Shown: positions 18,515 to 28,655, counted from the stretch's first letter. The stretch is DNA of 64,000 bases from a bacterium (GCA_031362565.1 JANLSU010000120.1:129200-193199); one strand, 5' to 3'. Program-made: numbers and translations. Notes: a model not told the origin generated them from the letters alone.

Positions 18515-19135
18515 ATGCGGTTCCAGTCACGCCACGGGTTCTGTGTCATCGTGTTGGCCCTGGGTTGCTCGAGCGCCGCTTTGGCCCAGGACAAGCCTGC
18601 ACAAGCGCCGCCCATGAGCGCCGAGGAACAGGCGATGCAGGCGAAGTGGATGGCGTTCATGACCCCGGGCGCGGAACACCAGATCCTGGCCGGCCGGGTT
18701 GGAATGTGGAACTCGAAGGTCACCATTTGGGAGGCGCCGGGTGCACCACCGGTTTCCGAAATGTCGAAAACCGAGGTGAAGGCCATTTTCGACGGCCGTT
18801 ACTTCGAAGACACGACCACCGGCAACTTCATGGGGATGCCGTTCAACGGCCGCGCACTCATGGGCTACGACAACCTGAAGAAGAAATTCTTCACTACCTG
18901 GATCGACAACATGGGCACGGGCATGATGGTCGCCGAGGGCACGTACGACGCCGCGACCAAGACCATTACTTTCGCGGGCGACCATCCTGACATCATGGCC
19001 GGCAAGTACCGCCCGTCCAAGTCGACCGAAAAGTGGGTCAGCGCCGACGAGTGGCAGATGGAGATGTTCAATCAGGGACCCGACGGCAAGTCCTGGTGGA
19101 AGTGCATGGAGATCGTGTACACGCGCGCCAAGTGA
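18515..19135 (+). CDS. Secreted DUF1579-family protein
   Basis: Signal peptide (ends at the signal-peptidase I site ALA-QD) followed by a W/M-rich ~180-aa domain (KWMAFMTPGAEHQILAGRVGMWNSKVTIWE...GTYDAATKTITFAGDH) typical of DUF1579. Confidence 0.55.
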   Translation: MRFQSRHGFCVIVLALGCSSAALAQDKPAQAPPMSAEEQAMQAKWMAFMTPGAEHQILAGRVGMWNSKVTIWEAPGAPPVSEMSKTEVKAIFDGRYFEDTTTGNFMGMPFNGRALMGYDNLKKKFFTTWIDNMGTGMMVAEGTYDAATKTITFAGDHPDIMAGKYRPSKSTEKWVSADEWQMEMFNQGPDGKSWWKCMEIVYTRAK

Positions 19136-19181
19136 GGGTCTTCACTACGAGACCGGGGACGTTTCACGATGGGGAGATCAC

Positions 19182-19719
19182 GATGCGGTGGATCCGTCGC
19201 GGCCTCATTTGTTGTGCTCTGCTTGTGCCTATCATGGCCTCTTTGTCCTGCACCAAGTATGAACATCGAGGTCTGAAGCCCGCGGACGTTTGGAAACTCA
19301 AGCCCAAGTACGAAGAGACCATCTTACCTGGATGGTTGCTTGGCGGCGGACCGGTTTGCACCTTTTCGTCCACGCCTTCCAATGGCCTTGTCGCATCACC
19401 GTGGCAGTACTCGCGCGATATCGCCCTCACGGCGACCGACGAGGTCGATATTTCGTTCACGAATTTGGGGGCATCTGCCGTCGTGGTCTCCGAGGTAATT
19501 TTGTTTCAGTGCATGGCTGGAGCTTGGATTCCAACGGCATCGGCGGCAGATCCTCGGGTGTTTTTCATCACGAATGACTGCACCGGAAAAACCCTGGCTC
19601 CGAGCGAGGGTTGCTTCGTGAAGATCGGGGTCCGCTCGAGGCTCGGAAAGTCCAAGCTCGAGGTGCACGGTCCAGGTGGCGTTGTGCTGTTCGAGTTCGA
19701 CATCAATGTCTATCTATAG
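19182..19719 (+). CDS. Hypothetical lipoprotein
   Basis: An ATG at 19182 after GGGGAG gives a signal peptide ending in the lipobox LSCTK, in MRWIRRGLICCALLVPIMASLSC. I see no recognisable domain. It sits immediately downstream of the DUF1579 gene. Confidence 0.45.
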
Positions 19720-20950
19720 ACGGCCTGGGCGGGCAGCGCCGCCGCTGCTCGCCGCTTTGTGCGTCGCCTTGCTTGCGCCGCCCGCCCAGGCGGTTCAGAA
19801 GCGTATTCTGTTCGACAACGCCCACGCCGAAACGGCCGGCAACGCCGACTGGCAGATCGACACCGATCAGCCATTCCCACGCCCCGTGCAGAGCGGGGTC
19901 ACGCCGTCGACGCCGCGCACGTACTGGCTCGGTGCCATCTCGTCCTGGGGCATCGACATGGTCAAGCGCGGCTACTTCGTGGCTTCGTTGCCGGCAGCGC
20001 ACGGCGTCACCTATGGCGTCGCGAACGATTCGCTCGATCTGTCGTTCTACGATGTCTTCGTTGTCGACGAACCCAACAAGCGATTCACGGCCGCTGAAGC
20101 GGCGGCCATCTTCAGCTACGTTCATGACGGCGGCGGCCTGGTGGCGGTTTCGGATCACAATATCTCCGACCGCGACAACGACGGCTTCGACTCGCCGCGC
20201 ATTTGGAACCGCCTCGACCCGAATCATTTTTTCGGCGCCCACTTCGACACGACCGGCGAGGTGAACAACAATTTCACGCAAACAAGCACCAACGTCGACC
20301 CGGCGCCCAACGATTCGATCATCCACGGTCCGAACGGGTTCGCGAACGCCCTCGAATTCCACAACGGCACATCCATGGTGTTGTACCCGGGCGTGAATCC
20401 GTCGGTGCGCGGCAAGGTGTGGATGATGGGCGTGCCGGTGGGCTCCACGACCGGAGTGATGGCAGCGGTCTCGACGTATGGCAAGGGTCACATCTTTTTC
20501 GTCGGCGACAGCTCACCCTGTGACGACGGCAGCGCGGCACCCGGCAACAGCAGCATCTTCGACGGTTGGGCGGAGGCGGCCGGTGCCGACAGTGTGCTAT
20601 TCCAGAATGCGACCCAGTGGGTGACGCGACGCACGCCGATTCCTTCGTCGCTCCCCGGCCCGGCGGCGGGAGCACTCTTGGCGCTCGAGCGCCCCGGGGC
20701 AAATCCGGCGCATGGGCACGTCGACTTGCGGTTCTCGTTGCCCGCAAGTGGCACTGCACGTATCGAGATCGTGACCGTGAGCGGCGAACGGATCTGGAAT
20801 TGGTCGGCAGCGAATCTCACCGCCGGCGAACACCAAATGACTTGGAATGGTCGGCAATCGAACGGCGCGCCGGCGCCCGCCGGAATGTACTTTGCCCGGC
20901 TCACCGCGCCTGCAGGATCGCGCACCCGGCGATTCACGTTCCTGCCCTGA
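19706..20950 (+). CDS. Secreted protein with a T9SS-type (Por secretion tail-like) C-terminal sorting domain
   Basis: Signal peptide PLLAALCVALLAPPAQA. The C-terminal ~85 aa (LERPGANPAHGHVDLRFSLPASGTARIEIVTVSGERIW...MTWNGRQSNGAPAPAGMYFARL) follows the T9SS CTD / FlgD-Ig-like pattern. The start could be at 19676 or 19706. Confidence 0.6.
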   Translation: MSIYRRPGRAAPPLLAALCVALLAPPAQAVQKRILFDNAHAETAGNADWQIDTDQPFPRPVQSGVTPSTPRTYWLGAISSWGIDMVKRGYFVASLPAAHGVTYGVANDSLDLSFYDVFVVDEPNKRFTAAEAAAIFSYVHDGGGLVAVSDHNISDRDNDGFDSPRIWNRLDPNHFFGAHFDTTGEVNNNFTQTSTNVDPAPNDSIIHGPNGFANALEFHNGTSMVLYPGVNPSVRGKVWMMGVPVGSTTGVMAAVSTYGKGHIFFVGDSSPCDDGSAAPGNSSIFDGWAEAAGADSVLFQNATQWVTRRTPIPSSLPGPAAGALLALERPGANPAHGHVDLRFSLPASGTARIEIVTVSGERIWNWSAANLTAGEHQMTWNGRQSNGAPAPAGMYFARLTAPAGSRTRRFTFLP

Positions 20951-21120
20951 GGGTGCCGCAATCCCGCGGCACGTAAAAACCTGTCAGGGGCGTCAACGGG
21001 ACGTAAAAGATGCGCGCCAGATGTAACCTTTCGCGGCTCTTCGGAGTCTAACCATCCTGATACACGGACCTCGCCAGGCCCCGGAGACGCTTTCCCTTTC
21101 ACAGCGCGTGGAGGAAGTCG

Positions 21121-23400
21121 ATGCCGTCGCGATTGCTCGGCCGTTCAGCCGTTGTTTCTGCCTTGGTTCTGTCCGCCTGCTTCGGCATCGAACCCGCCTC
21201 CGCCCAGGTCACGACCAAGAACGGCGAAGCGATAACGGTGACCCGCGTCGAGAGCGGCATTCGTGTCGACGGCGACATCGACGACGCTGCCTGGAAAACG
21301 GTCCCGGCCATCGAAGGCTGGGTCGAAACCAACCCGGGCGACAACCTGCCGGCGTCCGTCGGGTGCCGTGCCCGGCTGGCCTATGACGGCGACTTCCTGT
21401 ACGCCGTCTTCGAGTTCGACGACCCGGACGCCAAGGCGATCCGCGCCCCGCTCGGGGACCACGACAACGTTCCCGGCTCGACAGACTACGGCGGCATCAT
21501 TCTGGACGCGCGCAACGACGGCAAGACGGCGCAAATGTTCCTGGCCAATGCGCGCGGCGTGCAGTACGACGCCATCACAAGCGATACCTCCGGCGAAGAC
21601 AACTCGCCCGATTTCTACTGGGATGCCGCCGGACGCATCACCGATCACGGTTGGCAGCTCGAGATGCGCATTCCATTCTCATCGATTCGCTATACGGACC
21701 CCAACCCTTCGCAGTGGGGCATCCTGCTCTATCGCAACCGGCCGCGCGATTTTCGCTATCAGTATTTTTCGTCACGCTTGCCGCGCGACGTCAATTGTTT
21801 CATCTGCAACGGCCGTCCGGTCGTGGGCCTGCATGATTTGCCGTCCGGGAGCCACTGGGTCGCGGCACCGTATGCCACCGCGAGCCAAGAATCCCATCAG
21901 CTCGGGGATCTGGGATCACCGCTGACGCGTGACGACGCCAAGTTCGATGGTGGCGCCGACTTCAAGTGGCTGCCCAATCCGGACACGGTGATCGACGCGG
22001 CGCTCAATCCCGATTTCTCGCAGATCGAATCCGATGCCGGTCAGATCAGCGCCAACGAACGCTTCGCGATCTTTCAGCCCGAGAAGCGGCCGTTCTTCCT
22101 GGAAGGCGTCGACCTCTTTTCGACACCGATCACCGCGGTCTACACCCGCACCTTCACCAATCCAGAGTGGGGGGCGCGCGCGACCGGCGGCACCGAGAAG
22201 TCGAAATACACGCTGTTGCTCGGGCATGATCGCGGCGGCGGCAGTGTCATTTTGCCGGGGCCGCTCGGGTCCGATCTTGCCGATCAGCACTATCACTCGT
22301 TGGTCGGAATCGGACGCGTGCGCCGGGACATCGGGCTTTCGTCGGCCAGCTTCCTCTACTCCGGACGCGAGATCGACGGCGGCGGTTCAAATCGCGTCTT
22401 CGGACCGGATTTCGTCTGGCGCCCGAACGATCAATCGACGTTGACCGGGCAATTGCTGTGGAGTTTCAGCAAGACCCCCGACCGCCCGGCGCTGGCGTCG
22501 GAATGGGACGGGCGTTCGCTCGAAGGCCACGCCGCCGAAGTTTGGTACAGCTGGTCCAATCGGCACTGGGACGTCTTCGGCGTTTACGATGACTTTGCAA
22601 ATGGCTTTCGCGCCGACAACGGTTTCGTGCCCGAGGTGGGCTACCGGCTCGGGCGGTTCGACAGCGGCCGCACCTTCCGCCCGCCTTCCGGCGCGGTACG
22701 CCGCGTGCGGGTCTTTCTGCAGGGCGAAGCCAGTGACGATCGCGACGGCGCCACGTTGACGCGCTGGATCGGCCCCGGCTTCGGCATGGATGCGCTCTGG
22801 AACTCGTTCGTGCGCGTCGAGTTGAATGCTGACCGGGTCCGCGGCCAGGAAAAGCTGCACGACCGGTTCCGCGTCGTGCCGCAGGTGCAGATCCAACCGG
22901 GCAAGATCCTGAACAGCGTCGCCGTCTCCGGCACCTACGGCGATCAGATCGATTTTGCGAATGACCGCGGTGCAAAGGGCGGTGACTTGACCGCCAGTGC
23001 CGACATCCGGCCCACCACCCACTTGCGCCTGACACCGTCTTACCGCCGGCGCTGGCTGAACGTGGATGCAGGCGCTGCCGCCAACGGCCGCTTGTTGACG
23101 GCCCAGATTCCGCGCCTGCGAGCCGTGTACACGTTCAACTCGCAAGCGTGGTTGCGCCTCATCGGCCAGTGGAGCGAGGTCAAGCGTCATCCGGGGCTGT
23201 ACCCCGATCCGAGTGCGGTGGACGCCAAGAGCCGCGACTTCGGTGGCTCGGCGGTCTTCGCCTACAAACTCAACTGGCAGACGGTGCTCTTCCTCGGTTA
23301 CTCGGAAGCGCAGACGCTCGACACGCAGAACGAACCACAAGAGCTACAGCCTGTGGCCCGGCAAGGATTCTTCAAGATCTCTTACGCGTTCCGCGGTTGA
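21121..23400 (+). CDS. Secreted CBM9-like / DUF5916 family protein (probable carbohydrate-binding outer-membrane-associated hydrolase-like protein)
   Basis: 759 aa with a signal peptide. The N-terminal region resembles carbohydrate-binding family 9 (IRVDGDIDDAAWKTVPAIEGWVETNP...DGDFLYAVFEFDD). The remainder resembles DUF5916 beta-rich regions. Confidence 0.6.
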   Translation: MPSRLLGRSAVVSALVLSACFGIEPASAQVTTKNGEAITVTRVESGIRVDGDIDDAAWKTVPAIEGWVETNPGDNLPASVGCRARLAYDGDFLYAVFEFDDPDAKAIRAPLGDHDNVPGSTDYGGIILDARNDGKTAQMFLANARGVQYDAITSDTSGEDNSPDFYWDAAGRITDHGWQLEMRIPFSSIRYTDPNPSQWGILLYRNRPRDFRYQYFSSRLPRDVNCFICNGRPVVGLHDLPSGSHWVAAPYATASQESHQLGDLGSPLTRDDAKFDGGADFKWLPNPDTVIDAALNPDFSQIESDAGQISANERFAIFQPEKRPFFLEGVDLFSTPITAVYTRTFTNPEWGARATGGTEKSKYTLLLGHDRGGGSVILPGPLGSDLADQHYHSLVGIGRVRRDIGLSSASFLYSGREIDGGGSNRVFGPDFVWRPNDQSTLTGQLLWSFSKTPDRPALASEWDGRSLEGHAAEVWYSWSNRHWDVFGVYDDFANGFRADNGFVPEVGYRLGRFDSGRTFRPPSGAVRRVRVFLQGEASDDRDGATLTRWIGPGFGMDALWNSFVRVELNADRVRGQEKLHDRFRVVPQVQIQPGKILNSVAVSGTYGDQIDFANDRGAKGGDLTASADIRPTTHLRLTPSYRRRWLNVDAGAAANGRLLTAQIPRLRAVYTFNSQAWLRLIGQWSEVKRHPGLYPDPSAVDAKSRDFGGSAVFAYKLNWQTVLFLGYSEAQTLDTQNEPQELQPVARQGFFKISYAFRG

Positions 23401-23415
23401 GTCGTGAGACAGTGG

Positions 23416-23952
23416 TCAAAGCGTTCGGGATCTCTTGATGTCCGCAGTAAGCGCGGTAGCGAAACTCACTGCAAGGCGTCGGAACGCTTCGTCACCCTCG
23501 GTCCAACCGGACACAGCGCCGACGAAGTTTCCGGCAAACACCGTGTGCCCGGACGAGTGGTCGATGAGCCGCAAGTTCGCCGTTAGCGTCGCTTGTCCGA
23601 GCCCAAAGCCAACGAAAAAACGGACGAGCCCATTGCCCCGGTCGAAGTCGAGAAGCGTTCCCTGAACCTCCAAGGGCACCACCGCCCCACCAATTGGTGA
23701 CGCGATGCCAACCCCGGCGTTGCGCAGCTCGGCGGCGATCACTTGCTGGAGTTTCTGCAGCTCTTCGGGCCGCGGTTTCTTGGTGGCTTGCATATCGAGC
23801 GGCAATGCGGTGGTGATTTCACCGACACTCACGACCGGCCGGCGAGAGAGCGGGGCGTCGAGCGGCTGTGTGATGGCGAACTGATTCACATTCACACAGC
23901 CCAGATTGAGCGCGACGATCCATAGACTGGGGAGAATGGAGCGAACCTTCAT
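23416..23952 (-). CDS. DUF4410-like lipoprotein
   Basis: Signal peptide with lipobox LNLGCVN. The ~150-aa mature domain has a GTLLDFDRGNGLVRFFVGFGLGQATL segment typical of DUF4410. Confidence 0.5.
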   Translation of the reverse strand: MKVRSILPSLWIVALNLGCVNVNQFAITQPLDAPLSRRPVVSVGEITTALPLDMQATKKPRPEELQKLQQVIAAELRNAGVGIASPIGGAVVPLEVQGTLLDFDRGNGLVRFFVGFGLGQATLTANLRLIDHSSGHTVFAGNFVGAVSGWTEGDEAFRRLAVSFATALTADIKRSRTL

Positions 23953-24001
23953 CGGGTCCCCCTTTCCAAATCAAACCGCCGCATACCGCGGCGCCCATCT
24001 C

Positions 24002-25171
24002 TCACTGCAGAAGGGCGAATCCGGCGCGAACCCCGGGAACGAACCCGAGCGGGTCCTTCAACAAGAGATCGAGGTCCACAGAGACGGTGAGGCCCACATG
24101 CCGTTGAACGGCGCGAATCAAGCCCGCACCGAGACTCGTGACGAATCCCGCTTCGGTGTCCGTTGCCACAACCGTGACGAGTTGGGTTCCGGTCTGGACG
24201 ACGGCCTCGCCCCGCAAGCGATGCCGGATGGCTCCAAACGACGATTGCACGAACCAGAACCCGGAATTCGGCTGCCACTTGTCGAGTGGCGCATGGTATT
24301 CGACACCCAACTCGACTCGCCAGGGATCCACGTCGTAGCTCTGAGAGACAAAGATGAAATTTGGGTCGAAACTTACCAGGTGAACCGAGTTCGCGAACTC
24401 CATTCCAACCCGGCTGACATCGAACCGAAGCGCGGTTTCGTCGTTGATCGCGATGTGCAAAACGCCGCCGTATCCGGCGCCACCGCGGGTGCCCGTATAG
24501 TAACCACCGCTCGGCGCGTCGAACCCGCCCTTCAACTCGAGGGCGAACCGCCACGGCAACGCCGAACGAATGGATCCGCCCGCATCAACCACGGGCGGTG
24601 CGTTTGCGGCCGCCGGAGCGAATGACTCCCGGACCAGAACAGAATCCACTGTCGCAGCAACCGCATCCCCAGATCGCGCCGTCACAGTCACGTCGTGGCC
24701 TGCGCTATCGACAATCCGCTGGACCCGGTCCCAGCGAATGGCCCGCGGACGGGCGCCATCCAGAATGAGCATTTCTTGCCGGTTTGGATTCATCACGAAC
24801 CTGGTTTTCTTGATCTCTTCGCCGGAGGCGAGGACGATCTGGCGCGCCAAGACAAAGTCCTCGCGCCCAACCTTCTCGAGTCCCGCCGGGTGGTAGTGCA
24901 TTCGAAGCAGCACCGGGGCGATGTTCGCCCCGGTGGAATCGACAATCGCCTCGATATCTGAAAAGCTGATCGACGTGCCCGCATGGTCGTGTTCGACCAC
25001 CAGAATCTGCAGGGACCGGCGCAGCGTGAACGGGCGTTGTTCGTAGATCGTGCCATCTTTCAAGAGCACAGTGGCGTGCCGGCGAGACGGCGCGACAAAC
25101 GCCGGGCAGGCCGTGGCGGCCAGAAGAAGGATCACGACCGCGAGTCCCCGCGCCATTTGATGCGCACTCAT
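24002..25171 (-). CDS. Hypothetical secreted / outer-membrane protein
   Basis: The ATG at c25169..25171 gives MSAHQMARGLAVVILLLAATACPAFVAPS, a signal peptide. The C-terminal half is rich in alternating hydrophobic beta-strand-like segments and ends in an aromatic residue (..AGFALLQ region). I see no named domain. Confidence 0.45.
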   Translation of the reverse strand: MSAHQMARGLAVVILLLAATACPAFVAPSRRHATVLLKDGTIYEQRPFTLRRSLQILVVEHDHAGTSISFSDIEAIVDSTGANIAPVLLRMHYHPAGLEKVGREDFVLARQIVLASGEEIKKTRFVMNPNRQEMLILDGARPRAIRWDRVQRIVDSAGHDVTVTARSGDAVAATVDSVLVRESFAPAAANAPPVVDAGGSIRSALPWRFALELKGGFDAPSGGYYTGTRGGAGYGGVLHIAINDETALRFDVSRVGMEFANSVHLVSFDPNFIFVSQSYDVDPWRVELGVEYHAPLDKWQPNSGFWFVQSSFGAIRHRLRGEAVVQTGTQLVTVVATDTEAGFVTSLGAGLIRAVQRHVGLTVSVDLDLLLKDPLGFVPGVRAGFALLQ

Positions 25172-25258
25172 GGGATGCCCTTTCGGCGTGCCCAACCAAC
25201 AACTCGGACGTGTGCGCATGACGGTGCCTCGCAGCGGCGCGGCCTGTCAAGCCCTTGG

Positions 25259-26938
25259 TTAGTGCGGCGCGTCCGGAGCAGCCCTGAGAAATCGGGCCAG
25301 TGTCTTGTCGAACTCCGCGCCGCGCAGTTCCGGGCCCGAGGCGACGATCTTGCCCACCGGGTCCACAAGAACCGCGAACGGAATTCCCACGACCTCGAAT
25401 GCCCGTGGCGCGTCTTCGAAATCTTGGCCCGGTGCGAAGGCGTGCTGCCACGGCATCTGCCATTTGCGGCCGCGAAACGCCGCGACGTCACTGCGCTTGG
25501 GGTCGAAAGATACGCTCAGGATCGCGAGCCCGTGATCCTTGTAGGTCGCATACGCTGCATGCAGCCGAGGCATCTCGGCAATGCACGGCGCACACCATGT
25601 GGCCCAGAAGTCGATCAGGAGCCATTGACCGCGAAAGTCGTGCGGGCGGACCACCACGGTGGAGTCTTCGAGCCCCCGGAACACTACGTCGGGCGCCGGA
25701 GCGCCGGCCTTTATCCGGTGATCGGGGCCGAATCGTTTGAGAGCCGCATCGGCCCAGTGGGTCGCCGCGTACTCCTTTACCAACGGCAGATAGCTCACGA
25801 TGAACCGATCGGGGTCATTCTCGGCGTATGCCTTCTGAACGACCGCGTACAGGAATGCGGCGCGGACCACGCTGTCCGGATGTGACGCGATGACGCGGTC
25901 CATGTACTCGTTGATGGCGGCGGGGCGGCGAGCGGCACGGGCGATCAAGCTGAACACGTTGTTCGGGCCGCCCCACTCGAGCGACCAGGCCGGCGAATCG
26001 GCGGGGATCTCCTGCAAAGCGGTGCGCGCCAGCAGGGAGTCGGAATCCGCCCCATCGAGATGGAAGTACTGCATCAACAACAGTTGTTTGCGCAGCGGCC
26101 GCCGTTCCGCGGCGATGCGGCCGCGCAGATCCCAACGGTCGGCGGTGAAATCATAGGTAAAGTCTTGAGCGTCGCCCCCCGCAGCCTCGAAGGCTCGCGC
26201 CGCCTTGGTGAACCTCGTGCCGCGCTCTTCCGCCTCCCGGTACAGGGCGTACGCGTCCGCAGCGTCCCCACGAGGCGGCTTGAACCGCAGGGCCGGCGGC
26301 GCGGTCGAGTGCGGCAGGCACCCGGGGTCGAACACGATCTCCAGCGGATGTGCGCCCACTGCGACTTCGGACACAAACTTGTCGCCTTGGCCGCCAATCA
26401 GCACTCGGTGCTGCCAATCGAACGCCACACGATCCGCCTGTGTGCCGCTAAGCGGCACCTCGCCTTGTTGAACACCGATCAGTTGATAGTGCAGCGTATC
26501 GCTCTTGCAGTCGATGTTCGCCGTGAACGTGCCGTCGGCACGCTTCAGCATCGGGACAGAGGCTTGCGAAGCAGGTTTGTTGACGCCACTGATGAGGCGC
26601 ACGCTGTCGAGCGGCGTGCCGATCTGCACGCTGCCGAGCCGGATCTCGATCTCGAGCGGGCCGGGTCGATCCACTACAACCGGCACCAATAGAGTGCGGT
26701 GGTGCACCCCGCCAAACCAGATCCAGTACGCGCCGGCGTGCGGGAACGCCATCGAGAAACTGCCATCCACCGGCGGGAACAGCAGATGATTGGGGCCTCC
26801 GTACGGGCGTACGAAGGCCTGGCGCATCGGCCGGCCGTCACAACCGAGCACTTTGCCACGCACGACGTAACCAGCCGCCGCGCGTCCGGCGCCGGCCGCG
26901 AGAACACAGAGCGCAACAAGAATGGCACTGGCCTTCAT
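25259..26938 (-). CDS. TlpA/ResA-family thiol:disulfide oxidoreductase (thioredoxin fold) with a large N-terminal extension
   Basis: Signal peptide, and a C-terminal thioredoxin domain with the WCAPC active site (LIDFWATWCAPCIAEMP). Confidence 0.75.
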   Translation of the reverse strand: MKASAILVALCVLAAGAGRAAAGYVVRGKVLGCDGRPMRQAFVRPYGGPNHLLFPPVDGSFSMAFPHAGAYWIWFGGVHHRTLLVPVVVDRPGPLEIEIRLGSVQIGTPLDSVRLISGVNKPASQASVPMLKRADGTFTANIDCKSDTLHYQLIGVQQGEVPLSGTQADRVAFDWQHRVLIGGQGDKFVSEVAVGAHPLEIVFDPGCLPHSTAPPALRFKPPRGDAADAYALYREAEERGTRFTKAARAFEAAGGDAQDFTYDFTADRWDLRGRIAAERRPLRKQLLLMQYFHLDGADSDSLLARTALQEIPADSPAWSLEWGGPNNVFSLIARAARRPAAINEYMDRVIASHPDSVVRAAFLYAVVQKAYAENDPDRFIVSYLPLVKEYAATHWADAALKRFGPDHRIKAGAPAPDVVFRGLEDSTVVVRPHDFRGQWLLIDFWATWCAPCIAEMPRLHAAYATYKDHGLAILSVSFDPKRSDVAAFRGRKWQMPWQHAFAPGQDFEDAPRAFEVVGIPFAVLVDPVGKIVASGPELRGAEFDKTLARFLRAAPDAPH

Positions 26939-27166
26939 TGCGGCCTCCCTGGGCAGGAGGCCGTAAATCTATCTTCGCGGCCGCAAGTCGCACAACCGGC
27001 GTGAAAGGAAGGCGGGCGGCGTCAGGGGACACCGCCCGAGTTGATCTGGTTTGCGGGGCGCCTCCCCACGCGGCGGAGGCTTCTGTCTTGAGGAGAGGGT
27101 GCGGTGGGACGCCTGCCATCGTTTGGGAGTCAAGACGACGTGCAGGACGCCCCACCGTGGATGCGC

Positions 27167-27628
27167 TCAGGTGGAAGCGAGGGGGAGCTTCCGAATGCGA
27201 GCGCGCAATTCCTCCAGATCGAAGGGTTTTTCGAGCAAATCGGCGCCCAGGCGGCGGGCCTGCTGGCGCACGTGGCGGTCCACGAATGCGGTCACGACGA
27301 GCACCGGTACGTGCAGTGCACGCACCTTGTTCATCCAGTCGATGGCTTGCAGGCCGGTCAGTCCCGGCATCCGCACGTCGGTGATCACGAGATCGATGCG
27401 ATCCTGAACCCGCATCGCGGTCTCGAGACACTCCAGCAGCTCACTGCCGTTCTTCGCTTCGACGACGTCGTAGCCGTCGCGTCGCAGCGCCTGGGCTACG
27501 AGCCGGCGCATTTCGAAATCGTCCTCGGCCAGCACGATCCGTGGCTGGTCGGTTTGCAGCACCGTGACCGGGCGGGCGGCAGCGCGGCGCGGTGCGAGAG
27601 TGTTCGTTTGCATTGCTTGCGTCCTCAC
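27167..27628 (-). CDS. Single-domain response regulator (CheY-like receiver), copy 3
   Basis: AEDD acid pocket, phospho-acceptor in LVITDVRMPGLTG, VLVVTAF, and LLEKPF. Its GTG start overlaps the stop of copy 2 (GTGA). Confidence 0.8.
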   Translation of the reverse strand: MRTQAMQTNTLAPRRAAARPVTVLQTDQPRIVLAEDDFEMRRLVAQALRRDGYDVVEAKNGSELLECLETAMRVQDRIDLVITDVRMPGLTGLQAIDWMNKVRALHVPVLVVTAFVDRHVRQQARRLGADLLEKPFDLEELRARIRKLPLAST

Positions 27629-28092
27629 ATCAGGAAATCCGAAGCGCGGGCGCGAGGTGGCGCAAAGAGTTCGCGCACGAGCTGGCGTAGCTGATCCAAT
27701 TCGAACGGTTTGTCGAGTACGCGTACGGCGCCGACGCGAACCCCTTCGGCATGCACCGAACGATCACCAAAGGCGGTGATCAGGATGACCGGCGCCCGGC
27801 AGCCGAGTTCGCGCAGCCAAGCAACGGCTTCGAAGCCGCCGAGGCCCGGCATGCGCACATCACTCACCACGAGATCCACGGGCCGCCCGTCGCGGAGCGA
27901 GTCGACGATGTTCGAGACGAGCTGCGAGCCGTCGGGGACTTCGACGACGTCGTAGCCGTCGCGGGTCAGCGCTTGCGCGAGGAGGCGGCGCATTTCACCG
28001 TCATCTTCGGCGAGGACGATGCGCCGCAATCGCGTCACGGTTTCGGACTCGCGCGTGTCTTGCGACTCGGCGTTCCGCCGGGCGTCGATCAT
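27625..28092 (-). CDS. Single-domain response regulator (CheY-like receiver), copy 2
   Basis: IVLAEDDGEMRR, LVVSDVRMPGLGG, VILITAF, VLDKPF. The ATG at c28090..28092 overlaps the stop of copy 1 (ATGA). Confidence 0.8.
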   Translation of the reverse strand: MIDARRNAESQDTRESETVTRLRRIVLAEDDGEMRRLLAQALTRDGYDVVEVPDGSQLVSNIVDSLRDGRPVDLVVSDVRMPGLGGFEAVAWLRELGCRAPVILITAFGDRSVHAEGVRVGAVRVLDKPFELDQLRQLVRELFAPPRARASDFLM

Positions 28093-28571
28093 GGCTGGGC
28101 TCCCTTGTGGTGGCCCCCGATGCGCTGCTCGGCGCGCAGCGCATCGACGACCGCGCACAAGTCGGCGAGGTCGAAGGGCTTGTCGAGCACGGCCCAGGCG
28201 CCGAGACGTTTGGCCTCCGCATGAACCCGGCGATCACCGAATCCGGTGACGACGACAGCCGGAACGGTCGATCCCACTTCCTGCAGCCAGCCAAGCGCCT
28301 CGAGACCGCCGACCTGCGGCATGCGCACATCGGTGATCACCAGGTCGATGTCGCACCCGGCGGCACGTGAGGCGGCGAATTGATCCATGAGTTCGACGCC
28401 GTCTTGCACTTCGATCACGTGGTAACCGGCTTGGCGCAGCGTTGACGCGAGCAGTTGACGCATCTCACGGTCGTCCTCGGCGAGAAGCACGTGGCCCGCC
28501 ATGGGGGTAGCCGACGGAGAGCTCGCGGGCTGCGTGGCCTCGGCCTTGGACGAACGCGTGAGTTGCATCAC
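28089..28571 (-). CDS. Single-domain response regulator (CheY-like receiver), copy 1
   Basis: VLLAEDDREMRQ, LVITDVRMPQVGG, AVVVTGF, VLDKPF. A GGAGG RBS lies 5 nt upstream of the ATG. Confidence 0.8.
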   Translation of the reverse strand: MMQLTRSSKAEATQPASSPSATPMAGHVLLAEDDREMRQLLASTLRQAGYHVIEVQDGVELMDQFAASRAAGCDIDLVITDVRMPQVGGLEALGWLQEVGSTVPAVVVTGFGDRRVHAEAKRLGAWAVLDKPFDLADLCAVVDALRAEQRIGGHHKGAQP

Positions 28572-28636
28572 CTTGCCTCCGGCGGGGAGTCACGAAGCTT
28601 GGGCGCGCAGCGCTGGGCGCCTGTACAGCGCCGGCA

Positions 28637-28655
28637 TTGCACCCCGCGTGCCACC
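28637..28655 (-). promoter_or_regulatory. Sigma-54 (RpoN) -24/-12 promoter candidate upstream of the receiver triplet
   Basis: The minus strand reads TGGCACGCGGGGTGCA, against the consensus TGGCACG-N4-TTGCW. GG and GC are correctly spaced, with a single mismatch (G for the first T of TTGC). It lies in the 250-nt gap between the NtrC-type activator gene and the first receiver gene, ~55-65 nt upstream of the receiver start codon. An inverted repeat CCGGC-N5-GCCGG sits ~45 nt further upstream, at ~28700-28715, as a possible UAS. Confidence 0.5.

Noticed and set aside
23400-23416. Bidirectional terminator in the 15-nt gap between the convergent CBM9-like and DUF4410 genes
   Set aside because: The gap is too short and shows no stable hairpin.
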